Shown here one piece after another: positions 41,452 through 53,759 of a stretch of DNA of 64,000 bases. Both the position numbers and the translations under genes were made by a program. Positions within the stretch are counted from its first letter, which is position 1. Each line of letters starts with the position of its first letter. The notes below the pieces were generated by a model that searched no databases, had not been told where the DNA came from, and saw nothing but the letters and a program-made list of their open reading frames with translations. This stretch comes from Octopus bimaculoides (taxonomy: Eukaryota). Location of the stretch: positions 46,445,678 through 46,509,677 of the forward strand of contig NC_068992.1 in NCBI RefSeq assembly GCF_001194135.2, written 5' to 3'.

Positions 41452-41717
41452 CTTTTATCTACAACTTGTTTCAGTCATTAGACTGTGGCCATGCAGGAGC
41501 ACCACTTTGAAGAATTTATTCGAAAACATCGACCTCTGTACTTATTTTACGTAAGCCTGGTACTTATTCTATCAGTTACACTGGTCGAACCGCTAGACTA
41601 TGAAAACGCAAACACACCAACACCGGTTGCCAAATGGCTGTGGGAACAAACACGAAAAACGCACACTCTCTCACACACACATACAATCACACACTCACAC
41701 ATAAACACACACTCACA

Positions 41718-41755
<38 letters not shown>

Positions 41756-41920
41756 TATATATAAGATGGATCTCATGCAATTTCTGTCTACCAAATCCAT
41801 TCACAAAAGTGTGGTCGGCTCTTGGCTATAGTAGAAGACACTTGCCCAAATTGCCACGGAATGGGATTGAACCCTGAACCATGTGATTCGGATGTACACT
41901 TCTTCCCGCGCAACCACCCT
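41452..41920 (-). mobile_element. SINE family B, near full length, diverged
   Basis: cttgtttcagtcattagactgtggccatgcaggagcacc...(CA)n...tctgtctaccaaatccattcac...agtagaagacacttgcccaa...attgaaccctgaaccatgtg. Confidence 0.85.
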
Positions 41921-43189
41921 TATACTTAATGTGTGTGTAAGTGTATGCGTCTCTACAGATCTATGTGTATATATATATATATATATATATTTCCTTGTAT
42001 GCACATGTACACGCGCATATATAAAAGCGAACGTCTAAGTTTTGTATATAGCGTATTCTATGTGTATGCAGAACCGGCCATATAAATGTGCGTACATGAG
42101 TGTGTCTGAATGTATACGGAAGTGTGTTTTAGTACATGGCTATGTCTTCTCTGAAGCATTAATCTAGCCATATCTCTTTATTAAAAACTACTGCCCTTTT
42201 GCATCGATAGTAAGTTAAATATAATATTCTATATAACCAACCTACATAACTGCTGATGGCCAGTTTGTGTGTGTTCATTGTTCCTATTGGAGGCTGGCAA
42301 AAATCTATGGCTGAAGAATTGGAAAGCAATGCATTTTTAGTAATAATCTTAGAGTAATAGAGAAGCCAAGCTAACCGTCCTTTATAATTCCTTAGCGAAA
42401 GCAGAATGGATTTTATTGAACTTAATCTTAAAAATAACCGTCTATTGTCTGATTATGAATAAGAACTCATATTCTGGCAGTATTTATTGGAATAATTCAA
42501 TGCAGGTAATATTATTCAAGTAATTTGTTTGCCTTTTAGGTTAGAGAGCTAGACATAAAGTACTTCGCTTTCAAAATGTATTCCTGATAAATTGGAAATG
42601 ATATATAAGAAATGATATTTTTAATTTATATTTCGTTTGGCTTAGTACATTTCATTTTGTGTGATTGCTAAACCAGTATATATGATAGCACGTGTACTAC
42701 TATTTTAATTGTACAAATCTTAGAATTTGGGGCACGGAGGTACAACACCACCTTTGCAAATCTCTTTATTGTTTACGTACTGAATTCATTTAGAAAGAAA
42801 GAAAATATGTATTTGAGATGTTACGGTTTAGATTCCAATTTGAAATCTTGCTGTTTTTACAACCCCCTCCTCCCGTCTCCTCTATCATCTAGTCGTAAGA
42901 AGAGGTGTCACAAAGATTTTTGGTTTGCCCTCTACACTTCCCTTAATGTGAGGATAAATGTGGTTAGAAGATTCTTGTACTAAGTAGATATCCAGTTTCT
43001 TAGAACACATAGATAGAGAAAAATCTTTACTAAACACACTATTCAAATTATCTTTTGTTGCTTCTCTATTAATGTAAAATTGTATATCAATAATCAACAG
43101 ACGAATCTAACCTGCCCTGGATGCACATCTAGAGATAAATCTAAAAGTGATATATCCTTCGTCATTTATGAAACACAGGTTTTAGCGAA

Positions 43190-43425
43190 CTATAGCAATG
43201 ATCATACAAGCCACTACAATCAATGCCATTACAACCATTGCCATTATAATCTTTATCACTTTAACCACCGTCACCATCACCGCTGCCTAAACTACCAAAG
43301 TCCTTACTAAACCAAGATCATTGTCACGAATTATTACATGTACCACAACTGTCACAGTACAAACATCGCAGGTACAACCGCTAACACCGAAACCACTGCA
43401 GCAACCACTACAATGAATGCTGCGG

Positions 43426-43461
<36 letters not shown>

Positions 43462-43930
43462 ATAATAATAATAATAATAATAATAATTAGGATTTTTACA
43501 GTTATTAATTTCAGCGTTTTCATCAGTATCAGCAGCGTAATCATCACCAACAGCCCCACCACTTTCAACATCAGCAATTATAATTTCCTCCTACTCCTCC
43601 GTCTCATCCTTCTTTTATCACCGTCGCCATCATCGCCACCACCTACAACACTGTCGCCACTTCCACCATTACTTCTACGACCCCTTTACGTCAAGCACAT
43701 TACCATCACGACAGCCCTATCACCATCACCATTTCTGACAGTAACCAACCCGATTCTCCCAGCCAACATTGTCATTACGAACACGTCACCACCACTACCA
43801 TAGACAACCATCCCTACCAATAACACCACCATTGACTAGCACCACTATCTCGTCATCCACCATTATCACCTCCACCGCCATCCACCTCCACCGCTAGTAC
43901 TTCCTTCCCCTCAACATCATTCACCATCAG
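43190..43930. repeat. Cryptic (ACC/CAT/CTA/ATA)n low-complexity tract
   Basis: Degenerate trinucleotide composition; stops occur in every frame. Confidence 0.8.
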
Positions 43931-44229
43931 TAAGGTGCCAAATCTGCACTTTACCTCTGCATCACTTGGCACACTGCACCATTCCTCTTCTATGGAGGCA
44001 CTAATATCATTGTTGTTGATGTTGTTTTAACTGACAGAGTAGTTTGTTATCTGTAAACCAACAGCCACTATTTATTCCAACGGACAATTTGTGCAACACA
44101 TCAAATTATTCCATTACCTGGACATACCCTTCCTTCGAACAATGTATCAGGCCTTTCCATAAATTATTCAAACTAACAGCCAAGACTAAATTTGGGAAGA
44201 ATCTAATTAACTTTGCAGATATGATAATC

Positions 44230-44700
44230 TCTTAATTAAACAAATAAGTATATCAACTAACTATACTCACTAACCATCGAGTTAACCAACTGTCCTAATG
44301 CATTACCGGTTAACCAGTTAGCGTACTAACATAATTAGCTGATTAACCAACCAGCTAACTGTAGTAACTAAATTTCTTGACCACCTAATTAATTATTCTC
44401 ATTCAATAGCATATGAAATCCTGAAACTGAGTGACGGTGGAGATGTTACCAATGAGACCCTCGTCTAATCTGATAATTAACTAACTATCTAATTAAGTAG
44501 CTAATTAATTAATCAATCGTACTAAGCACTTATCTAATTAGAAACCATTTAGTAACTGAAATAACTAATCAATTAACAAATTTACTAATTTAAACATATT
44601 TACCTATTAACTAATTAATCAATTAACTAAATATAGAAATATCTAAATAGCTAAGTAATTAACATCCTAATCGTACTAACTAATTAGCAGATTTGTAAAT
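44230..44700. repeat. Cryptic (TAAY)n field rich in CTAAY/ACTAAY
   Basis: Dense actaac, actaat, ctaat and ttaat words on both sides of a 60-nt higher-GC island. Confidence 0.8.
44410..44468 (+). CDS. Candidate terminal coding exon, (A)YEILKLSDGGDVTNETLV*, ending in a class I PDZ-binding-type motif
   Basis: Acceptor tattctcattcaatag; codon-like island that contrasts with its TAAY flanks; phase 1 matches the 39545 donor (G+CA = Ala); ends E-T-L-V-stop. Confidence 0.4.
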
Positions 44701-45059
44701 CATGGTTGAATGGGCTGCAAAATTGTACTCTAATAATCAAACTCAGAATTTAAATAGACGGAATCAATTACCGTTTACATAATGATAAGGAAGATTTCTT
44801 TATTAAGCAGCGAGGTCTTAAACAGAGCAATGAGAGCACAGGCTAATACCATACTATATAATTTGCGAGATAACAAGAAGGTGTATAAATGGAAAAATAA
44901 CAAAAGCAAAGAAACAAAAATATTCACATAATATAAAAATCCTCGAAAATGGAGACATCCGTGAGCTTCTCGTTGAAACCCTAAAAAAGACTAAAAACAA
45001 AGCTGACCACTAAGAAAACGCTCTCTACTCATCCTCTTCTCTCAGTCTACAGGTACATG

Positions 45060-46480
45060 TAGAGAAGAGGCCCTTTCACTCAGACCAACCTTGCATATTC
45101 AGCCATCTTTCAATAAATTTGTTGGACGGCAGCACTTCCCGTTCAATCCTCACTCTCATTTCCAAGTGAAAACTGGATAAATTGATGCGGGCTTGGCCAA
45201 AGAGGAAGCAGTTTGTCTTCAGCCCTTTCAGTTTGATCTTTCACACAATCTACTTTACAAAAGCCACATGAAAGACAATCACTGCCTGTACTTCCCATCC
45301 AAAGGAAGATGTTGGACAGAGCTTCACAATAGATTCAGCTGATAGGCAGTTCCATTCTGAACACAATAGTAGATCTTCAACATAAATCACAAGTTATTAA
45401 TATAAAAGCTGAATGAGTGTGTGGTGACCAGTCTTGTCGCTGTTTTTGCATCCAGAGAAGGCTTGGTTGACGGAACTTCCATGCCTGCAGCATTTATCTG
45501 GAACCCGCAATGGAACAGCATTTGTCTGGAACACCGGTTGTACTAGACCAGAAATTTCCAAAACTTACTAATGGTTCCAGCCTGAATGTACTCCAGAACA
45601 CACCAATCAGCTGGGTTTCCTCGACTCTCAGAGTCTCGCAGTCTAGCCTACTACTAAACCACTACAACGATGAACTTCCATCTACTATTATCCAAATCGT
45701 AGATAGTTATGAGTGCTTGGTATTAATCTCGGTACCGAGCATCCGGACTCGTCTATGCTTCATCCTGGACTGCAGCTCATACAGACAAGCTGCGGTAAAA
45801 CAATTCTGGAAAAGGATAAGCACACTCACTCACCCTTGAGAAAATGCTGGAGGTATTACAGCCTCGGTGCATGTCTTTGTACCATCAGTTATGGCATTTT
45901 CAGTTCCTTAGTTATGTGGTTTTGACAGCAAAAGTAACGCCTAGTAAATGGAATGCGTCTCTTCAACAGAAAGCGGAAGTGTAGCTAATCTGGTCCGGTC
46001 TGATGAGTACTGGGATACTGCACGACGGTTAGGCGGTAATATATGAAGCAAAAGATGCATACGCTCGCCCACCTACCTTTACGCCATCTTTCAGGAAAAA
46101 CTTCCTCATGACCCATTTCTGGGTAATACTGGTCACCTTATACGGCAACTCAGCCTAGTTCTGGTCCACTTGGAAATCTGGACAAAATCAGACCATGAGC
46201 AATTTAAACGGTCCGTCCAACGTCGCACGTTGTTATTTGACTGCACGGACTGCTTTCCGCGTGCCTAGCTGCAGCTCCACTCATTTGTCTTGTTGAGTCC
46301 TTTCTCTTACCACGGCCTCGTATTCCATTCAAGCAGTGGCGATCAGGTTTATATACCTGATGTCCGATACTAAGACAGTGACATCGACTTCATATGCCGC
46401 CACTGTGGTGGTGGTGATGCATCTTATTGCCGAAAGAACGAGTGATGGAACTGTTCATGGGTCAAATTCGAAATGATTTG
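45060..46480 (-). mobile_element. Tx1/L1-clade LINE, RT C-terminus to 3' end, pseudogenised
   Basis: Minus-strand VAAYEVDVTVLVSD (decayed YADD motif), EYEAVV...ELQLGTRK...DGPFKLL..*FCPDFQVDQN*, decayed C-terminal knuckle region, LSAESIVKL...LKGLKTNCFLFGQ...MRVRIEREVLPSNKFIERWLN. Confidence 0.8.
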
Positions 46481-47694
46481 TTGGTAAAGGTGTGTGTGAT
46501 AATCATTGCAGTATGTTAAGACTACAAGTAAGAATAAAAAGAAAGCTACAAGTAAATCATAAATTAATCAAAGGATATCGAAAAGATAAAAAATATGAAG
46601 GAAAAAAATATAGTTTCTACATTTTAAGAAACATTGGAAAACCGAAGTGTTCAAGTGTTTAAGAAACATTGAAAAACCGAAGTGTTTAAGTGTTCAAGTG
46701 TATAAGGATGGAAAGCTGACCATGCCTACCTTTTGAAATGTAATTCGACAGTTTTACGGTTAAAAAAGGAAAACGGAAAAAAAAAAAATTAAAAAGTCAT
46801 GCATGCGTGATAAGTTCAGAAAAGACGAATCTTTCAAGCGATACAAATTACATTTGAAAAACGCAGAAGAGAATCATTTAATTATCGTTACGTCTCAGCT
46901 AATCTCTTATCTGGTGAACGAATAAACAACTACTTTATTAACAAAGTGACGTTAACTATTTATCATCGGCTGGTATTAGAGAAATGTAGAGAGATAAAGA
47001 TAGAGAGAACGGAACGATGCGTTGCAGAGAAAAGCGGAGTGGAAAACATAGAAGGAAAAAAATGAAACGAAATCAAAAGAAAGAATTTTGTGGAGAAACG
47101 CAAAATGTTTTTCAAAAGTTCAATTATGGAAAACAGCTGAGAGCTAATTCACAAAGCTGAAAAAAGACACACAATCAAATACCTGGGACTTTCGATTCTA
47201 TGATATATATATGTATGTGTGTGTGTGTGTGTGTACAACACAGAAATTAAAGGAAGATATAAACTTAAATAAACTGAAAACCATAATAAAATTAATAATT
47301 GTAATAGAAATGAAAGGATACCAAAGAAAGCATAATTCATAAGTAGAAGGCAAAAATTATTTTCTTAACTTCGTTTTAATTGTTATTTATTAAAAGATAA
47401 CAGCAAATTTAAAGACAATAGCATAACGTAGAATAAAAAAAACAACATACTTGCTATCAAAAACAAAATCTATTATAATTATATAAAATTAATTAAAAAG
47501 AAATGATGTAATTACTATGTTCTTGTCATGTCCAACATGATTACGTCTGTGATTTATTTAAAAGATTACATTATATTTCTGGTGGTAATAATTCTTATAA
47601 TTTCTGATTTTGTTTTGACTTAATATAATATAGGATATGGGGCCAATTATTTTGGCAAATTTTTAATGTATATACGTATGTATGTATGTGTGTG

Positions 47695-47747
<53 letters not shown>

Positions 47748-48052
47748 GCACACACAAAAGCACACACACACAACATATACGTATGTATATATATGGTGGG
47801 TTGAGCATATATGATTCTACTNNNNNNNNNNNNNNNNNNNNNNNNNNNNNNNNNNNNNNNNNNNNNNNNNNNNNNNNNNNNNNNNNNNNNNNNNNNNNNN
47901 NNNNNNNNNNNNNNNNNNNNNNNNNNNNNNNNNNNNNNNNNNNNNNNNNNNNNNNNNNNNNNNNNNNNNNNNNNNNNNNNNNNNNNNNNNNNNNNNNNNN
48001 NNNNNNNNNNNNNNNNNNNNNNNNNNNNNNNNNNNNNNNNNNNTATATATAT

Positions 48053-48100
48053 CAGTAATACCTCGTCATATCGTGGTTCACCTATCGCGGTTTATTATTT
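48053..48100 (+). mobile_element. Possible pogo/Tigger-like terminal inverted repeat, left end only
   Basis: cagtaatacctcgtcatatcgtggttcacctatcgcggttt next to (TA)n resembles Tigger-type CAGT ends; no matching right end was found. Confidence 0.35.
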
Positions 48101-49800
48101 AAGCTTACGTCGATTCCTCTGTGGTGCTGTTTTGCAATTATAATAAAATAATGTATACAAATTATAAAAATAATAAAAGAAAAACATACAGTTCTGTACT
48201 CTTTTTACTTCCTTTGTCCACGTTCTTGCTGTGGTTGTTAGCATGCAGTAACCTAACAACTGCAACTGCATCGATTTCACTGATGCTGGGGAATATGCAA
48301 AAGCGAAAAAATAAATAAATAGTATAACTATATTCTTTCTGCGGGCAAACAATGTCTTCTTTCAAAAGACCCACGAAGCCCATAGTCACAGCCGCATGTT
48401 CGATATACAATCTTGACACAGTAATTAACATGAAGCTGTTTTAACACACCTCATCACATTTATTTCTGACAATTGATCTTTTGCTACCAATACTCCTTAA
48501 TTTAATAACCCACTGACGTTCACCAGTTGCATAACCTACTAAAGTTTCAATCGTTAGGGACAAAAGCTTATTTAATATCACACATCATTTGTCTTATATA
48601 TTTTCTGTTTAATCTAATAATTCTATATCTTTCAGTAACTGGGTTACTCTGCATGTTAAACCCACGTATGCCATCCATTGATGCCGACTGAATTTAATGG
48701 TGCTCCATATTCGTCACAGTAACAGAACATAATAATGATTTCTAGACCGTTGTATGACTGGAAATTCCAATCAGTATTGTTTTTACATCATGTTGTTTTT
48801 AACAAATCAGAAAACATGGCTATTGTTTAAACTAAAGAAGAGTATTTTTTCCTCTCTCTAAAACATCAATACCTCTTTGATTTATCCATTTTACTGAAAA
48901 GCAAGCTATACCATTCCAATGCTCATCATATTTGGTACTCTGTTTGACATTTCAAAATGTCTCCATTTGTATTCAAAAAAACATTTTAAAAAAATGTTTA
49001 TTCCATATATGGTTTTAGAATATCTATTTTTTCTTCTTTGTTCAAATATTTTTTTTATGCTCTCCATCAGATATTTCAAATTAGTCTGTTAGAAATTTCT
49101 CTTGAAAACATATTTTGTTTCAATTTTCGTTTTCTCATTTTTAGATTTTCTTGATGTTTATATTTCATTTAAAAATTTCCCGCTTTTTTTCTGTTGTGTA
49201 TGTTTGTAAATGTGGTGGGGGGATCTTCTTTTTGTCTTTTGTTCCTTTTACCGATTATGTCCTTTCATGCTTCCCGTTCCTGCATCAGATATAAAGAGGA
49301 ATCTTAATTTGGCGCAGGCTTCAAGGGTTTTAATGAATGAGCACTTGTCAAAGAGTGACAATCTGTTTATCAAAAAATGTTCAGCTGAACTTGGTCACTT
49401 TTTTTCCATTCTATTGGTGCTGATTGAGGAAATTCTATTTCACTTCATTCTTTGTCTTTACTAAATTGAGGGGAGAAAAAGAAGGGAGTTACTGAAGATC
49501 AATATTTGATTCATCAATAATATTGAAACATCCCCAATTTCATACTATTCGCTTCTTGTCCCACATATTTCACGGCTAACCTCCATCACATTGAAGATGA
49601 CATCCAGGCCTCTTTAGATTCTAGTCATTAATTGATGTATAGGTTCAAATGTAACAGCATTTCTATCTAACATGCAACTAAAATAAATCAGTGGTAAGCT
49701 TTTAATGATCTAGTTACATGTTGTGGGTTCGATATCCCGTTTTGCTAGATCTTTTAGCAGCTTATGTTTCTATAAATCATTAATCTGGAAAACGTTTCTA

Positions 49801-50445
49801 CGAGGGTGGGCTGAACATGAAGGACTTGAAAACAGACACAATTTGGCATAATGATGTTATCAGGTACCTACAGAAAAAGAAGGCTTTAACCCCCAAGAAG
49901 ATTTATGCCGATATTGTTGACACAGTACGTGTTGATGCAGTTCTTTTTGGATGCAAATGGACTTGTGCTTCTTGAATATCTACGAAGAGGCTACACCATC
50001 AATGGAGAGTACTATGCTAACTTACTGAGGCAGTTACGAGTTTATTAGTCGAATAAGACCAAGAACCCATGACAACTGGCGAAAGAAACCTTGCTTCAAC
50101 AGGACAATGCTCCAGCACACATTTCTTGGTTTCAATGTTTGCTGTGCGTGACAGTTGCTTTGAACCGGTTAATCACCGGTTAAGTTCACCTGATTCAGCC
50201 CCCATTTGACTATCATCTCTTACACAACTCGGAAAACCTTTTGGCTGTGAACCACCATCAGTCATGAGCACGTCATATACGATGTCGATGACTTTATGAC
50301 CAGGAGGATGAAAGCTTCTTTCCCGATGGAAAAAGTGTGTGGACCTCAAGGGTAAGCCTCGGGTCTATATGTAAAATGAAGTCTCATTTCGTCACATTAC
50401 ATGAGAGCGTCATGATCAGCCTATGAATCCTTCAGTCGAAACTCG
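49801..50445 (+). mobile_element. Internally deleted mariner element
   Basis: TA-flanked ends cgagggtgggctgaa / ttcagtcgaaactcg. N-terminal VIRYLQKKK..TPKKIYADIVDT joins directly to catalytic-domain remnants FWDANGLVLLEYLRRGYTINGEYYANLLRQLR, QQDNAPAH, a decayed SPDLAPSDY motif and WKKCV. Confidence 0.9.
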
Positions 50446-50735
50446 TATGTATTATTGAGTTGAGGTTCATGCAAAACACACGAAAAACCTTTGATATATG
50501 ACACCAATATTATGGAATTTCCGAATTATCTAGCTGCGATAAAACTNNNNNNNNNNNNNNNNNNNNNNNNNNNNNNNNNNNNNNNNNNNNNNNNNNNNNN
50601 NNNNNNNNNNNNNNNNNNNNNNNNNNNNNNNNNNNNNNNNNNNNNNNNNNNNNNNNNNNNNNNNNNNNNNNNNNNNNNNNNNNNNNNNNNNNNNNNNNNN
50701 NNNNNNNNNNNNATATATATATATATATATATAGG

Positions 50736-51018
50736 CGATGTTTTTTGTTTGGCAGCGTCGATTTTTACGATTCTGTAAATAATATTAATAGTATTTTATA
50801 AGACGTAGCATTCTTATGGCGAAAATATATAGGTGTAGGTACAGAGCCACACGTACGGAAAAAAGCTACTTTTTTCAGTCGTGGGTTAACATATGCCCCA
50901 TTATTAGACTATTTCCTTTAGTTAATGCGCGGTGATCGCTTATAAGCATTAAGCTTATAAAATACTGTTATCATTTACAGAATTGTAAAAATCGACGCTG
51001 CTTAACAAAAACTATCTC
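50736..51018. mobile_element. MITE-like element with about 65-bp imperfect terminal inverted repeats
   Basis: gcagcgtcgatttttacgattctgtaaat...gtattttataag (50752-50802) is inverted at 50954-51001 (cttataaaatac...atttacagaattgtaaaaatcgacgctgc). Confidence 0.8.
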
Positions 51019-52894
51019 AGTAAAAGCACATGGCAATTCGTGTACAAAAACAATACTACAAACTAATTATAGTTCTTAAATCTGACAGAACGAAGCAGGT
51101 TGTGTGCTTGTGTAATGGTAGCATTCATGTTGCGCAAAGAAAGAGGAGTGGGTTCATGTCACACGCGTACGTGAAAGCATTTTTTTCTTCTGTCAAGGGC
51201 TTATATACCCCAGTATTGGATTATATTCTTTAATCATTGCGTGGTGATGTGATCGCTTATAAGTTTTGAGCTTATAAAATACTATTATCATTATTATTAT
51301 TATTATTATTTATGCGTACAGTCATATATACATATGGATATATATGTATGAATGCATACACGGATACATGTATGTGTATCGTTCGGAGTTTATGTTTGTA
51401 ATGTGCAGTTATTTGTTCAGATTTATGTGAAAGGGTAATTCTATATGTTCCCGAACCATACTCACTCGCAATCGCTCATGCTGTTTAATTGTCACGTTAC
51501 CACTTTCGAATGTATATTTATTCATTATTGCACATATATATATATATANNNNNNNNNNNNNNNNNNNNNNNNNNNNNNNNNNNNNNNNNNNNNNNNNNNN
51601 NNNNNNNNNNNNNNNNNNNNNNNNNNNNNNNNNNNNNNNNNNNNNNNNNNNNNNNNNNATATATATACACACATATATATGCAGTATATTACATACAGAT
51701 ACATTTAGTTCTATAGATATATATCCAAAATATGCATAATCATGTATATGTGATTATGTATATATGCATATGTATACATGTATGTATACACACACACACA
51801 CACACACACACATACACACACACACACATACATATGTGTGTGTGTGCGTGCGTTGTGTATGTATTTGCATGTTTGGCATAAATATCTCATAGTTGTAATG
51901 AACGACGGAAATATGTGCATGTATGTGTTCATGTGTTTAGGAACGTGGATCTCCATATTCCTCAATGTGTGTGTGTGTGTTCACACAGATACAACGTTAT
52001 ACGTATACATGCAAACTAAGATTTACAGAAACTGTTTCTGAATTTTTCTGCTTCGTTAATCACAACCAATCCGTTATTTTCAGATAACAATTATAATTCA
52101 AATAGCATACAGCTACGAGCAATAAACTCGAATAACTTTTGTTCAGGGTGCAAATGTCATTAGTTCCTAAATATGGAAAAGTGTGATTTGTGGCCTTTTC
52201 TCAGAAAACCTCCATGAAAACCGCAGTCTTACTATCTCGATAGAATAAACAAATCATTATACCAACTGATTGAAAATGTTGATATCCATGAAAATAGCTG
52301 AATTTCTTCCCCTATAGGATATACATGCCATTCAATACACAGATTGGAAATGTTCATAACTGTTTCAGATCTTTGGCAGTTATTTGCTCTGTGGATATTT
52401 ACTATTGAAATGTATTTGATGGAGATATACGCTTGTAAAACGTTCTTACATAACAGTAAAAGCGTCATCTACAAAGCAGTCAGAAAATTATTATAACTTT
52501 TCTTCGGAACATTGGTAATTTGGAGAGTAAAGACACCTCGTCCTTATTTGTTTCTTTAAAATCTTGTATTAGAAATATCTTAATAATCACAATTTTCCTG
52601 ATCATATTTTCAGCCCTGACGTATCGAAATACTGCTCTTTTTCAAATAGAAGATCTTGCCATAACCCCCGCTAGAGATCATGGGCGGTTATAGTGTAACA
52701 AGACATAGTCGGGCTAATATTAATTCAAAATAGAAATATTGCCTAATTGACTAGCGACGAGCAATATGCAGCAGTTACTGCTTCATTTACGGCATTAATA
52801 CTAAAGATTAATGTATGGAGTTTACTGATGTTGCAATAGCAATAGATATCAACTACTGTGTGAGAAGAAAAATGGCTGCTGTCTATTGAAATAA

Positions 52895-53102
52895 TCCTTT
52901 CTACTATAAGCACAAGGCCTGACATTTTGGTGAAGGGGGATAACTCAATTGCATCAGCCCCAGTGTTTCAGTGGTAATTAATTCATCGACTGCAAAAGAA
53001 TGAAACGCAAAGTCGACCTCAACAGAATTTGAACTCAGAACGTTGCGATGAGCAAAATACCGTTAAGCAATTTGTCCAGCGTGCTAAGGATTCTGCTAGC
53101 TG
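52895..53102 (-). mobile_element. SINE family A
   Basis: gcacaaggcc...cagccccagtg...atgaaacgcaaagtcgacctcaacagaatttgaactcagaacg...aaataccgttaagca...gtgctaaggattctgctagc. Confidence 0.85.
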
Positions 53103-53724
53103 AATTAATAACGAAAGAAATGGTATTCTGAAACTTAACCAATTCTTCAGAAAGTGTCTACATAAGTGTATATGTAGACTTTAAAGTTAAAAGGAAGAAA
53201 CACAGATACAGCAGCCATGTAGATGTTGATGTTTAGTGTTGCAGACCATTCTCTTATGGAACAATTTCTATATTCTTGCGTGGAGGAATATTCCCTCTGA
53301 GCCTAACGAATAATTTGCCTACCCCGGGCTCAAACACAAATTTGCCTACACACGCGCTCAAACACAAATATATATATATATATATATATATACAGAAGAA
53401 TTCATTTTGGGGTTTAGAGATGCACCTGTGTCTAAAAGAGGAGCTGTAATTTTCAAATTCTGTAACAAAGCTGTAAATTACTACACTGTTTTCAATAATT
53501 ATATTATTAATAGTAAGTAAAATAAATGGTATAGGTGAGATTGAAGGTACAACGCCAACATCGGGAAAATACGCTAAACATTGAAATGTTCATGCAAATT
53601 CCAATATTCAATAGGTTTCAAAGATATAAGCGGTAACACATACCAAATGTTTCAATGAATTTCACAATGGTCATATATGATTCAAAATTCACTAACATTG
53701 AGTTATATGGACATTTAGATGCAT

Positions 53725-53759
<35 letters not shown>

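Noticed and set aside
52232-52468. 78-aa minus-strand ORF with flanking splice-like sites
   Set aside because: No recognisable domain, and its composition is typical of AT-rich non-coding ORFs.
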